Below are positions 9,817 through 19,671 of a stretch of 64,000 nucleotides of DNA, piece after piece. The notes under the pieces were generated by a model, which was given only the letters and a program-made list of their open reading frames with translations, had not been told where the DNA came from and ran no database searches. Position numbers and translations under genes: made by a program. This DNA is from a virus: the IMG/VR virus record IMGVR_UViG_3300020201_000009, positions 32,001 to 96,000 of that record. One strand, written 5' to 3'. Position 1 is the stretch's first letter. The number at the start of each line of letters is the position of its first letter.

Positions 9817-10283
9817 TAGATTGCTCTGTTAAGCCAGAGTGTCACATATTCTTTATTAAATAAACCGTGAGGTCGTTCAACGGAATCTAGTGTAAATTTA
9901 TAACCATCAAACTCTACTTGTTTTACATCTAGGAAAATTTGATCGTATGCTGCGACTTTGAGCTTAATACGTACTCTGCCATCGGGTACGTTATCTTTTA
10001 ATTGAGTTTCATCCTTAGCTCCGCCTACATAAGGATAAGCATAGGGATAATCTTGTTGTTTTTGATACCAAATTCTTGCCATAACATCAAAACGCTGTGG
10101 CACTCTCTCTGGTTCACTGTTATTTTGTATCGCGGCTTCAAATCGATTATAATTCTCATTTGAAGAGATTATGAGCTGTCCGGCCTCTTTATAAATTACA
10201 ATAGGTCTTTCCCACGTATCTGCTATATAGCTAATTACGGTGGCTAAAGCTTCCTTTTGGGCTGTTGTAAGAAATGATGGCAT
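9816..10283 (-). CDS. Putative head-closure protein
   Basis: 155 aa, beta-rich C-terminus (VEFDGYKFTLDSVERPHGLF); first gene of the neck operon. Confidence 0.5.
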   Translation of the reverse strand: MPSFLTTAQKEALATVISYIADTWERPIVIYKEAGQLIISSNENYNRFEAAIQNNSEPERVPQRFDVMARIWYQKQQDYPYAYPYVGGAKDETQLKDNVPDGRVRIKLKVAAYDQIFLDVKQVEFDGYKFTLDSVERPHGLFNKEYVTLWLNRAI

Positions 10284-10337
10284 AATACAGTTTACAAGAG
10301 ATATACACTAAAATCGCATTCTTTTGTCAATAGACAC

Positions 10338-10366
10338 AAAAAAGCCGCACTTTTTGGAGTACGGCT
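10338..10366 (-). terminator. Rho-independent terminator
   Basis: AGCCGTACT-loop-AGTGCGGCT stem followed by a T-run on the minus strand; separates the structural operon from upstream genes. Confidence 0.75.
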
Positions 10367-10394
10367 ATTTGTCGCAAAAAAATGATGAATCGAT

Positions 10395-10592
10395 TTAAGT
10401 TGAAGTCATTTTCAGAATAATTGGTTTCGAGGCCGGGGCGTTATTTGCTATAAGCTTCTCCATATGAATTTTTAGATCAAGGATACAATCATTATAACCC
10501 TTTTCGTAACTCCCGCGACTTGGCCTAATTTGAGAATTTAGCCATTTATGAAGTTCTGTGACAAGCTTCCAATTTTTAGGGAGATCACTCAT
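10395..10592 (-). CDS. Small hypothetical protein
   Basis: Likely start ATG 10592 (MSDLPKNW...), overlapping the end of the upstream gene. Confidence 0.55.
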   Translation of the reverse strand: MSDLPKNWKLVTELHKWLNSQIRPSRGSYEKGYNDCILDLKIHMEKLIANNAPASKPIILKMTST

Positions 10593-10914
10593 TGATAGTG
10601 ACGAGTTTCGCTCCAAGGGCCTTTGAATACAGAATGACAACCTCTTCGAATTCTTTTCGAGTCAAATTTAATTCTCCGTTTAACCTAGTGCTTGTTAATA
10701 TACCGCTAAGAAAACATTCAATTGCCAATGTATAGGTCTCCGGATTCGGAATGGGAGATAAGTACTTACACGTAAGATGAGCAATAAATTGAAACAGAAA
10801 CAATTTTTCCCCCTTTAGCTCCTTCAATTTCTTTGAGGCGTCATCCATTCGGACTTTAGCTTCAAGATCTAGATGGTGTGACGATGTTTTTTTTTCTCTG
10901 TTTTCGTTTGGCAT
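10585..10914 (-). CDS. Hypothetical protein
   Basis: 109-aa ORF tightly packed in the operon. Confidence 0.65.
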   Translation of the reverse strand: MPNENREKKTSSHHLDLEAKVRMDDASKKLKELKGEKLFLFQFIAHLTCKYLSPIPNPETYTLAIECFLSGILTSTRLNGELNLTRKEFEEVVILYSKALGAKLVTINE

Positions 10915-10917
10915 TTT

Positions 10918-12021
10918 TTATAGTTTTGTAATTTGACCATCAACCCAATCGACATATCTCTGATTTTGACTGCGAATAGTTTCTAACAAAATCTTTCCCT
11001 TTGTGGATGTAAGGGTAGGAATCTGTATAGCGGAAATTTGTTTGGCAAATTCTTTTAGTTTTTCTTTGTCCGGAGCCGCTTCTTTACGTTCGGTTTCTTC
11101 TTGGGCTTGCTTAATAGCTCTTGTTTCGAATTCTTGTTTAAGTCTTAACTCATTTTCTATTTTTTTCTTCGCCTCTATTTCTACTCTTAATTTATCTGCA
11201 AATACTAATCGCTCTTGTTTAGCTTTCTTTTCAAGAGCCTCTTTTTCATCCTTAGCTTTCTTTTCAAAAATCTCTTTTTCATCCTTAGCTTTCTTTTCAA
11301 AAATCTCTTTTTCATCCTTAGCTTTCTTTTCAAGAGCCTCGCGTTCCTTCCTAGACTTAGACTCACGCTCCAACGCCTCTTTTTGGAGTCTAATATTTTC
11401 GATCCTAATCATCGCTTGTTCTTCCGCTTTGGCCTTTTCATCGGCCAGTCGCTTAGATTCTAATTCCTTCGCGATTTGCTGCTTACGTTCAAAAGCAAGT
11501 TTACTATTTTCGAGTAACTGATTATAAGAATCGTCTGGCATTAACTCTAATACATAACCGGTAGTATCAATATCGAATACTTTGAGAGCTGTCTCTCGCC
11601 TCAGCTTCAATTCTAACTTTCGTTTTGCCTCTTCGCGCTCAACGAATTCTTCCTTTTCCAGTAATTGCTTTTCTAGAGGTTCAATAATTTGTTTACAAAC
11701 ATTAGAAAAACCGTCAATGACACGACCGTCACGTAGCAAATTTTCTTTAAGAGCCTTTCGACTCTTTTCTAGGGCAATCCTAGATTTTGTTACCTCTAAA
11801 CGCGCTCTCTTAGCGAGTTCTATTTCTTTAGTCTGAGAGGCATCGGTAATTACAAGAGTTTCTACAACCTTTTGCCATTTTTGCGCTGTTACAAGAAATG
11901 GCTGGAAAGTTTTAAGTAAATCTTGAGCAAGTTGAAGTTCAAAATTATTCTGGGTAAGAATTAATTGAAATTCCTTTGGCGTTTGTACTTTTTCTACGAT
12001 TTCTGCTTCAATGGTTTCCAT
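10918..12021 (-). CDS. Coiled-coil hypothetical protein with an 11-aa tandem repeat
   Basis: 367 aa, E/K-rich, with EKKAKDEKE(I/A)(F/L) repeats. Confidence 0.8.
   Translation of the reverse strand: METIEAEIVEKVQTPKEFQLILTQNNFELQLAQDLLKTFQPFLVTAQKWQKVVETLVITDASQTKEIELAKRARLEVTKSRIALEKSRKALKENLLRDGRVIDGFSNVCKQIIEPLEKQLLEKEEFVEREEAKRKLELKLRRETALKVFDIDTTGYVLELMPDDSYNQLLENSKLAFERKQQIAKELESKRLADEKAKAEEQAMIRIENIRLQKEALERESKSRKEREALEKKAKDEKEIFEKKAKDEKEIFEKKAKDEKEALEKKAKQERLVFADKLRVEIEAKKKIENELRLKQEFETRAIKQAQEETERKEAAPDKEKLKEFAKQISAIQIPTLTSTKGKILLETIRSQNQRYVDWVDGQITKL
11221..11340. repeat. 33-bp in-frame tandem repeat (about 3.6 copies)
   Basis: AGCTTTCTTTTCAA(GAGCC/AAATC)TCTTTTTCATCCTT units start at 11221, 11254 and 11287, with a partial copy at 11320. 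Confidence 0.95.
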
Positions 12022-12956
12022 TATTTAGACTCCGATTCTTTAATTTTTGACAAGATTCTATACACGTCTTCTTGGCTAATCGAAAGCCAAGAATCCCAAT
12101 CTTCAGGATTAGAAGATAAAATAGATTTATATTTCTTACTACAATTAGACTTTAGCTGAGAAAAAGTGATATTCATCTTCAAACATTTTTGTTGAAGAGC
12201 ATCGACTGGATTATGGCCTGTCACGGGTGTTTGATCTACCTTATCTGGAACGATTGCTGAAGAAGTCGAATTTACATTGGGAACAACAGATCCCTGATCA
12301 GGTCCAATTTCATCAAAACCAACAATGTTAATACCTAAATAGTTACGAATCGCACGAACAAAGGCTCGATTTTCTGCAATAGTTTCGATATATCGTTGAG
12401 CGAAATCAAAAGTGTTGGCTAATGAAGCGCCGCCGATACCGGAGTATTCATGGAATCCAAAAGCACCACTCGTTTTGGTTTCAAAATTTTCTATGAAAGT
12501 AATATTAGCTGTTATAGTACAAGAAACGACACACCGATAATTGTTATCGTATATAACATTATTAACAGTTGGGCGATACGATTCGATTCCTCGTAAGTGA
12601 GCTAAAAATTTAATACCAGCAAGATTTATAAGTAAAAATTTGTCTTCTGGATTAAGATCAACAATATCTTGGGTCTTGCAAAACCTTGCTTCCTTGCCAT
12701 ATTTCTTTAAAAACTCTTCTGAAAGACGCTCGCTCTTTGAGTTGACGTATAGATGTTCTGGTTTGAGCATAGCTCGCCAGTTGACACGGCCCTCTGGAGT
12801 AAATGTGTAATTGTAATTTTTAATTAATCCACGAGCATCTCTTTCAAAGAGATTTTGAGTGGGTTGTGTAATATCGTTTACCGTGGAGACCACTTCTTGA
12901 GTGACTTCATCGCTTGGAAACGGAATGTTTTCTGTCTCGTTTTTTTTCTTGCTCAT
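12021..12956 (-). CDS. Putative Rad52/Sak-like single-strand annealing protein
   Basis: IAENRAFVRAIRNYLGI helix resembles the conserved AExRAxxRA motif of Rad52-fold phage recombinases. Confidence 0.45.
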   Translation of the reverse strand: MSKKKNETENIPFPSDEVTQEVVSTVNDITQPTQNLFERDARGLIKNYNYTFTPEGRVNWRAMLKPEHLYVNSKSERLSEEFLKKYGKEARFCKTQDIVDLNPEDKFLLINLAGIKFLAHLRGIESYRPTVNNVIYDNNYRCVVSCTITANITFIENFETKTSGAFGFHEYSGIGGASLANTFDFAQRYIETIAENRAFVRAIRNYLGINIVGFDEIGPDQGSVVPNVNSTSSAIVPDKVDQTPVTGHNPVDALQQKCLKMNITFSQLKSNCSKKYKSILSSNPEDWDSWLSISQEDVYRILSKIKESESK

Positions 12957-13070
12957 AAAAGCCTATTAAACGAAAAACTGATAAGTTCCGCAACCTTTTT
13001 TTACTCACGAAAAATATAAAAATGTGGGATTTCCTCCCAAAATACAGGATCTGGAATTACCTCTTGGATA

Positions 13071-16000
13071 TTATGTTCGAAGCCTTGCACAGGTTGATTT
13101 GCTATCCAAGCCGCTTTTGATTAAATATATATTTCCATTTGAAAGTAAATATTTATTGCTACGATAAAGTAACTTTCTGTTATCGGAAGATAAGATATCT
13201 AAAAGTAGATCGTAATCAGTATTCTGGTACTCAGCGGATTCTTCAACAAAGTTTTTGTATGACTTGACCGAAAAGCGCTCGATATTCCCTATATCAAAAT
13301 ACGTGAGTCTTATCGAAGATATTTCTTCTTGACTCGCGGTTTTATTGTATAATTTATATTTAATTCCAGCAGACTTAAGATTTTTAACAAATTCTAATAC
13401 GGAACCATCTCTAACTTCTACTGTGACTCCAACAACGTTTTTACGAAAAGATGTTAGCAAATTAATATTAATAGGTTTATCGGTAATAATACTTACTGGA
13501 CGGGTTTGTAAAGCCCCACTTAGGTTTTCTTCACTAAAATGGTAATCCATTCTACAAATAAGAGCTTGTCCATTTAAAAATTGAGGGCTAACGTTTAAAT
13601 CGGGGACCCATTCGATAACGGTCTGATTATAAGCTTCCCCAATGAGGTAACTTTTACGCTGAAATTTATTTGGACCATTAAAAATTTCTAAAATAGCATT
13701 AATGACATTTTCGGGAGGAATTTTGTTAATAGTTTTTGGGTGTTCTTGAGAATACGAGGGTACTCGGTTATTTCGATGGGACTCCAGTAAAAAAGTCTTA
13801 CTTGGGTTTTTCCACGCGGGGCCATGAGCCGAAATAGAAGTTGAGCCGTACAGGGAAACAAGGGGTTTGCCAAGAAATCCGGCTACGTGTGTCTGCCAGC
13901 TGTCGGGACCAATATGGCACATACCGTGGCGTAGTAGGTGATAGGCTTGGCGAATTGTAGTTTTTCCTTGGAAGTGTTCGCAATGTTTCAAAGGCGAATC
14001 CTCTTTCCCTCCCAACTGAATCATACGAATGTTATTGACTTTTAGAAGAGGGGATAAAATATCTAGAACTTCATTCATGTAATCGTAATTTTTTGATTGC
14101 TGTCCAGAGCCATTTTGAAAAGTAATATAGTTTCCTTCTATATTTGGGAAATAAGATTCTTCAATTTCAATAGATCCAACTTGGAGGGCGGTAGATCTGG
14201 AATATGTTTCGATTAAATTTGAATAAGAGAGATAAGATAATTGTCTTTGCGTATGAATAGCTGGATGAAAGTAATATTGGAAAAGCGCCTTTTCCTTATT
14301 CTGGCCAGCACCGATAGCAAACATTTCTTGTTCAAAGTGTTGAATATAGGGGAGAACTTTAAAAATTCTTGCGTTTCCTTCTAGAACCTCAAAATATTTC
14401 TGTTCACACATTACATATAAATCGACATTTGGATATTTTTTCTGAAACGATTCAAATAGAGAAGTACATAAAATAATATCACCAATTGATTCTTTGATTA
14501 AAAATAACGCTCTTTTGTTTGGGCGAGACCAATCAACAAGGCTATTAAAATCAAACGATTTATGTTTATTGTTTTCTTCGATTGCGACATTAATAAATAC
14601 GTTATGAACTTGCTGGCGAGTCATACCGTTTTTTATTTGATTGACCCAATGTAAACGACCATGACCCTCTGGACCTTCATCTAGTTTTAAAATTTCTTTA
14701 TAGAGAGTTGTTAGAAAATCATACTCTGATAAATCTTGAGGAAACGGAAAGTTTTGATTCTTTTCTTCCGCTTCGAGTTTAACCATTTCCCAATCAACGA
14801 ACGGTAATGAGTCAATAAATTCCTCAATTTTTTTGCCGTTAACTTCTAGATCATAATTTTGTTTAGCCCATTCGCGAGATTTTTTACCAAGTTCTTCCCG
14901 CTTTTTCGGCGGCATTTCGTAAACTTTTGTAAACATTTTCGCAATGGAAGATGGGTAAGGACTCGACTTTATAAAGTGAGTACCAAATTCGGTATATTTT
15001 GCCCAATCAAAACCTAGAGATCCCTTATTTAATTCAATAATATCTTCTCCATAGGAATAATCAGCGGTTAAAATAATCTTTTCTGCCGCTGCGGCTTCGA
15101 CACATGGTAATTCACACGCGCCCGAAGTCGCGGGATGAGAAAATACATCCATAATATTATACAATTCGTTTAACTGTTCTTCGGTGACACCTTTACCAAC
15201 GGATACAGTGTGAAGAGATTTTTCTTTACCCGAAAATGGACATGTCTGGTCATTTCCGGCGAAAGGATGAACAACATATTCGCTGGATTCGCTAGAGACG
15301 TAAGCCGTCCAAATGTCTTTATGGTTAACTCCATATTGAGTCGCCAGTCTCATAATATCCCAGCCCTCACCGAAGTTTGTGACTAATAACAAAATAGCCT
15401 TAGCTTTCGGGTTTTGCTTCTTAAAGAGAGCAAATCCCTCCATTCCATTTGTCACCGTTAGTTTTCTAAGCTGGTTACGAAATACGTCACCAATGATAAA
15501 CGTATCTGGGGAAATATTGTATTTTGCCCGAATTTCCCTCTTCTTTTGTTCTCCTAGATTATAAAAACCACTCAAATCAACAAGTGGATATTGAGTTTTT
15601 ACATGTTGGTATTCCTTACCTTGTTTATGAAATTCTTTACGAGCGAAATCACTCCATGTCCAATAGTGTTTGGTCTTTGTTGCGTCTTCTTTAGCGATAA
15701 GCGGAATACTATCATGGGTTGCCCAAAAGACGGATGAAATTTTACCCCAAAAGTTTTTGCCAGTGTTGAAGCCAATCCCCCATGCGTCCTCGACGAAAAA
15801 CGCGACATCGGGCCTGAATTCAGACACAACCTTTTCGACAAAATACTCTCCATAAGCTGCACGTTGGGCTTTGGCGGGATCGGAGTTCAGCACCTGAATC
15901 TCTGGCGGCGTAAAGGGTAATGCTCCATGGGCTTTCCATGGAAGTTGCTGGAGATCAGGGTTATTCGCCTGCATTTGAGCGGCGTATTCTAACAGTTCAT

Positions 16001-16115
16001 ATTTGCCAGTTTTCTGTAAATAGGTGAGAACATTTTTTGTGTTCTTGCCAAAGCCTGTAAATAGCTTTGAATAGTTGCTATTATATAATACCCTCTTCTT
16101 GCGCAATTCTGCCAT
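13071..16115 (-). CDS. Giant multidomain glycosyltransferase (GT4-like plus GT9/heptosyltransferase-like domains); probable frameshift near the C-terminus
   Basis: GT-B motifs TGFGK, RNQLRK, YNIMDVFSHP..SGACELPCVEAAA; SIGDIILCTSL (GT9 N-motif); QLGG...GKTTIRQAYHLL...HIGPDSWQTHVAGFLGKPLVSLYG (GT9 C-domain). Confidence 0.85.
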   Translation of the reverse strand: MAELRKKRVLYNSNYSKLFTGFGKNTKNVLTYLQKTGKYELLEYAAQMQANNPDLQQLPWKAHGALPFTPPEIQVLNSDPAKAQRAAYGEYFVEKVVSEFRPDVAFFVEDAWGIGFNTGKNFWGKISSVFWATHDSIPLIAKEDATKTKHYWTWSDFARKEFHKQGKEYQHVKTQYPLVDLSGFYNLGEQKKREIRAKYNISPDTFIIGDVFRNQLRKLTVTNGMEGFALFKKQNPKAKAILLLVTNFGEGWDIMRLATQYGVNHKDIWTAYVSSESSEYVVHPFAGNDQTCPFSGKEKSLHTVSVGKGVTEEQLNELYNIMDVFSHPATSGACELPCVEAAAAEKIILTADYSYGEDIIELNKGSLGFDWAKYTEFGTHFIKSSPYPSSIAKMFTKVYEMPPKKREELGKKSREWAKQNYDLEVNGKKIEEFIDSLPFVDWEMVKLEAEEKNQNFPFPQDLSEYDFLTTLYKEILKLDEGPEGHGRLHWVNQIKNGMTRQQVHNVFINVAIEENNKHKSFDFNSLVDWSRPNKRALFLIKESIGDIILCTSLFESFQKKYPNVDLYVMCEQKYFEVLEGNARIFKVLPYIQHFEQEMFAIGAGQNKEKALFQYYFHPAIHTQRQLSYLSYSNLIETYSRSTALQVGSIEIEESYFPNIEGNYITFQNGSGQQSKNYDYMNEVLDILSPLLKVNNIRMIQLGGKEDSPLKHCEHFQGKTTIRQAYHLLRHGMCHIGPDSWQTHVAGFLGKPLVSLYGSTSISAHGPAWKNPSKTFLLESHRNNRVPSYSQEHPKTINKIPPENVINAILEIFNGPNKFQRKSYLIGEAYNQTVIEWVPDLNVSPQFLNGQALICRMDYHFSEENLSGALQTRPVSIITDKPININLLTSFRKNVVGVTVEVRDGSVLEFVKNLKSAGIKYKLYNKTASQEEISSIRLTYFDIGNIERFSVKSYKNFVEESAEYQNTDYDLLLDILSSDNRKLLYRSNKYLLSNGNIYLIKSGLDSKSTCARLRT

Positions 16116-16167
16116 ATGTTACCCAATACTATCTATTTTACATAAAAAAACAACAAATATGGACAAT

Positions 16168-16192
16168 AAAAAACCCGGTTATTACACCGGGG
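16168..16192 (-). terminator. Rho-independent terminator after the SSB-like gene
   Basis: CCCGGT-6nt-ACCGGG stem with T6 on the minus strand. Confidence 0.75.
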
Positions 16193-16226
16193 ATTTTATA
16201 ATCAAAATACAGATTAATTATTCAGT

Positions 16227-16931
16227 TCAAAAAGGAACATCTTCATCATTTACTTCGACCTCTGTTGAAGTATTAGATGATGTGTCCGCCGCTACATCGG
16301 CTTCGTGAGTCGGTTTAGAGACCCCGACTGACTTAGCAGTCTTCCCGTTGACCGCCGTAGCAACGGCCTTGAGTTCTGTTAAATAGAAGCTATTTAATTC
16401 ATCGTATTCCTTTGAGACGATCTGACCCTTCGAGTTTTTTACCGGGAGGGGTTGTGGAAGTTCATCTTGGGTAAATTTACCCTTGATAAAATTTCCAGCT
16501 TGAAAAAATCCAACATTGGAATACATTTCACCATTCTTACCCTCTTTCTTATAAAGAGTGATTTCGATATCGTGAAAGTTTTCTAGTGCTAGAAGACAAT
16601 TGAAGATATTTCGACTAGAGAAACTCATACGATTCTCTACAAGATAAGTTTCCTTTGCAACCTTGTCTGTGAGGAACAATTTTACAATATCATAGGGCTT
16701 ACCTTCATATTCTCCAGTGTCAAAGGTGATTCTTGTTAAATCACCAGAAACAGCGTACTCAATATTGGGAGACGATTCCCATTTACCATCTACATTCTTT
16801 TCTCTAACCTGAAAACCATTGGGCATTAAAGGGATGTCCTTTTGGGTTTTTGCATCCTTCAACTTGTTAATGATCTTCAGAATCTTTAACTTATATTCAC
16901 TCTGACCTTGATTTTTTCTTCCTAGTGCCAT
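16227..16931 (-). CDS. Single-stranded DNA-binding protein-like
   Basis: Beta-rich body, low-complexity linker and acidic tail ending DEDVPF, like the bacterial SSB C-terminal DDDIPF. Confidence 0.65.
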   Translation of the reverse strand: MALGRKNQGQSEYKLKILKIINKLKDAKTQKDIPLMPNGFQVREKNVDGKWESSPNIEYAVSGDLTRITFDTGEYEGKPYDIVKLFLTDKVAKETYLVENRMSFSSRNIFNCLLALENFHDIEITLYKKEGKNGEMYSNVGFFQAGNFIKGKFTQDELPQPLPVKNSKGQIVSKEYDELNSFYLTELKAVATAVNGKTAKSVGVSKPTHEADVAADTSSNTSTEVEVNDEDVPF

Positions 16932-17013
16932 TTTATTTTACTTTTTCGATTTTTATTTTACTTTTGCAAATGAGCTGTTAAGCTCATAATTTAATACACT
17001 AATAATTTAGTTT

Positions 17014-17280
17014 TTATTCAAAATCCGAAAATTTCTTAGGGATCTTAATCCACTTTTGCGGTCTATATTTTTCGAACTTAACTGATTTATTATTAGTAAT
17101 CTTATCCGTGTACCAAAATGCGTCATATCCGCGCTTAACTTTACGTGCAGTAGATATAAGAACATTCTCCATGGCCCGATCATTGGATGGAAAGGGTTCG
17201 TGAAATGCTCTTGAATACGACTCTTTCAAATCGTGAATTATAGTTGTAATATTTTCTCTACCGTCTCGTGCTTTTTTCAT
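17014..17280 (-). CDS. Hypothetical protein
   Basis: 88-aa basic ORF co-oriented with its neighbours. Confidence 0.55.
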   Translation of the reverse strand: MKKARDGRENITTIIHDLKESYSRAFHEPFPSNDRAMENVLISTARKVKRGYDAFWYTDKITNNKSVKFEKYRPQKWIKIPKKFSDFE

Positions 17281-17319
17281 CTGGTACGAGGGCCATTATA
17301 AGAAAAACTTTGACGAATG

Positions 17320-17751
17320 TCAAGTAAGTTTACGTTGCACATTTCTTGACCGATTTTGAGCCCGCTCCGAAAGAGATATCTTAAGTTTTTTTAATTTTTC
17401 TTGAGCCAGTTTTTTCTTCTTAACTGGATTAACAATTCCAGTATCCCTTTCTATTTGATCATCATGTTTTTGTTTAATGGGATCAATACCTTCTTTTTCG
17501 GCTCGCCTAGAGGAAAATTCGGAAGAGCGTTCCCATAGTTCTCCGAAATTTCCCCCGTTTTTGTTGGTAACTTTTACGAAATCCTTCGAGCTATATGGAT
17601 CTGATTTTGTATCTTTTGAGGCTTGTGGTACTGTATAAATTCTTTTCCATATAACTTTGGTTTCATCAATATAAACTTTATCGTCTTTCATATGAAAGAA
17701 GATATCTTTCGTTTCTCCGCTAAGAGGATCTTCGAATAAATAATAAGGCAT
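17320..17751 (-). CDS. FmdB-like (MPxY) hypothetical protein lacking the Zn-ribbon cysteines
   Basis: N-terminus MPYYLFEDPLSGETKDIFFHM follows the MPxYxYxCxxCG pattern without the Cys residues. Confidence 0.55.
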   Translation of the reverse strand: MPYYLFEDPLSGETKDIFFHMKDDKVYIDETKVIWKRIYTVPQASKDTKSDPYSSKDFVKVTNKNGGNFGELWERSSEFSSRRAEKEGIDPIKQKHDDQIERDTGIVNPVKKKKLAQEKLKKLKISLSERAQNRSRNVQRKLT

Positions 17752-17766
17752 TAATAAATTTTAGGT

Positions 17767-18843
17767 TTAAACACCTCTAATAGCCGAATTATTAGATATA
17801 AGAGTATTGAAAGTATCGGCATAGGTTAAATAGCCAAAAGATCTTTTAGGTCCGGGGGCGGCGAGGGCTTGCTTTAAAACTTCAACAAATTCCTTTTCGT
17901 CCCAATCAAAGAAATTACCCTGATTAAAATCGGCACCGGGATGGAAGAAAATATTATCGTAGGCCGGAAATTTAGCGTTAGGTTTTACGACCCAAGAATT
18001 TTCGTTGTTAAAGTAATCTTTGTAGGCATGAGCATCCAAAGATACGATTTTTTTACCTAAACAAGCAGCTTGATAAACTGGTAAATCTCTACCTTCCCCG
18101 CCCGACATTCCTAAAAATACATCGCAGCTGTTTAGAAAATCATTGTATTCCGCGTTCTTAGGCATCGCTGGCATCGAAGGGAAATTATAAGGTCTGACTC
18201 CATTAAAAGTATGATGGAGAATTTTTGCATTGTCTTCTGGATTGAAGAAAGGATTGTTAACGGCGGCATGGATGGCATATTCCCCATTATTACCAAATTC
18301 TTTTTGAAGAACCCGAAGAATCTTTTGGGTTCTTTTGCGATTCTCAAATTTCCCCCCTAATCCGATAACCTTGACATCTTTTGGATATTTTCTACTGTTG
18401 ACTTCTTTAAAGTTATGAGTGTCAAAACCTAATTCTAAAAATACTACGTTCTTTAAACCATAAGATTCGAATACTTCCTTAGTGAAACTAGAAGTCACCC
18501 AAACCACGCTTTGCTGGGATAAAATATTGACCTCAGTCGGAGTCAGGGTATCGGTTTCATGGAAGGTGATTAGCTCTTGGTTGTTAGAAAACGATTCTAG
18601 GGAACCATTGATATGCCAAAGCTTGATTGTTCGAAAGGCACGAGAGTGATTCTTCATGTGACTCGTAATCTTGCTATTCACCCATTTTTCAAATTCCTGA
18701 TCTGGAACTTGAGCTGCCATTGATACGTTACCAATAGGAATAATTGTACAATCTAAATTTTTCTTATAAGCTTCACGTAGTAAAGCGATTGATGTTTGAC
18801 CCAGACTTAAGTCGTTAATTGGGAAGTGGAAAGTGACTGGCAT
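17767..18843 (-). CDS. Glycosyltransferase (GT4 / GT-B)
   Basis: GKFENRK, CDVFLGMSGGEGRDLPVYQAACLGK. Confidence 0.85.
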   Translation of the reverse strand: MPVTFHFPINDLSLGQTSIALLREAYKKNLDCTIIPIGNVSMAAQVPDQEFEKWVNSKITSHMKNHSRAFRTIKLWHINGSLESFSNNQELITFHETDTLTPTEVNILSQQSVVWVTSSFTKEVFESYGLKNVVFLELGFDTHNFKEVNSRKYPKDVKVIGLGGKFENRKRTQKILRVLQKEFGNNGEYAIHAAVNNPFFNPEDNAKILHHTFNGVRPYNFPSMPAMPKNAEYNDFLNSCDVFLGMSGGEGRDLPVYQAACLGKKIVSLDAHAYKDYFNNENSWVVKPNAKFPAYDNIFFHPGADFNQGNFFDWDEKEFVEVLKQALAAPGPKRSFGYLTYADTFNTLISNNSAIRGV

Positions 18844-19400
18844 TAAATTTCATTATGAATTTTTTCTTCTATTTTCTTTAGGTTGCGTATGTATATCATT
18901 CTCGCCCCTTGTTTTGTAATATTATAAAGTTTGGCAATTTCTGGCCAAGTTGTTTTTTTGAGACTACAATGTCTTAGTTCAAATATTTCTTGGAACCTTT
19001 TGTCATCTATATTATGAAATTCAGATTGAATGTAATCAATTAATTGTTTATCGTTACAGGTTTCTTTATCCGATAAATTTTCCAATCCAGAATCTTCAAC
19101 TTGTATAATACCTTCGTTATCATGAAGTAGTCTCTGGCATTGCCAACGAATATTTTGTCCAATCCAACTAGAAAATTTCATTTTCCGATCTGGATTGTAG
19201 TTCATTGCATAATTGTAAATATTATACATTTTATGTTCAAGTAACTCGTCTCGTTCAATTTTAGGAACGTAAGTATATTGATTTACGATATTTACATAAA
19301 TACCGGTATGACGATTTACTAATTCTAAAAGAGACGCGGAATCTTGTTTAGATTTAATCTCTTGAATCAATTGATGATCATTAACTTCGGCTGGAAGCAT
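18843..19400 (-). CDS. Phage sigma70-family RNA polymerase sigma factor
   Basis: Region 2 (ELVNRHTGIYVNIV...YNPDRKMKFSSWIGQNIRW) and region 4 HTH (IFELRH...TWPEIAKLYNITKQGARMI). Confidence 0.85.
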   Translation of the reverse strand: MLPAEVNDHQLIQEIKSKQDSASLLELVNRHTGIYVNIVNQYTYVPKIERDELLEHKMYNIYNYAMNYNPDRKMKFSSWIGQNIRWQCQRLLHDNEGIIQVEDSGLENLSDKETCNDKQLIDYIQSEFHNIDDKRFQEIFELRHCSLKKTTWPEIAKLYNITKQGARMIYIRNLKKIEEKIHNEI

Positions 19401-19671
19401 CGTCTTCTCTTTTAACTAAATTTTTAAATGCTAACTCGATAAATAAAACAACAACTGGTGAAGTTATAATAAAATGACCCGGGATAAGCAGGAAACTCCA
19501 AATTAAAATTGAGATCCAAAAAGCGCTACAGAGAGCACAGGTCGTACTATATGCTACCCATGGATTTAGATATCTATTTAAGCTCGTGCGGAAAAACGAA
19601 AGAAGGAAAGAGTGGTTATATAGAAAAAAGAAAAACCAAACCGAAAGACAATAAAAGATAAAAATTGACAT
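19381..19671 (-). CDS. Small membrane protein (CxxC-x-FW, DUF1360-like)
   Basis: Hydrophobic segments; TCALCSAFWIS. Confidence 0.6.
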   Translation of the reverse strand: MSIFIFYCLSVWFFFFLYNHSFLLSFFRTSLNRYLNPWVAYSTTCALCSAFWISILIWSFLLIPGHFIITSPVVVLFIELAFKNLVKREDDASSRS

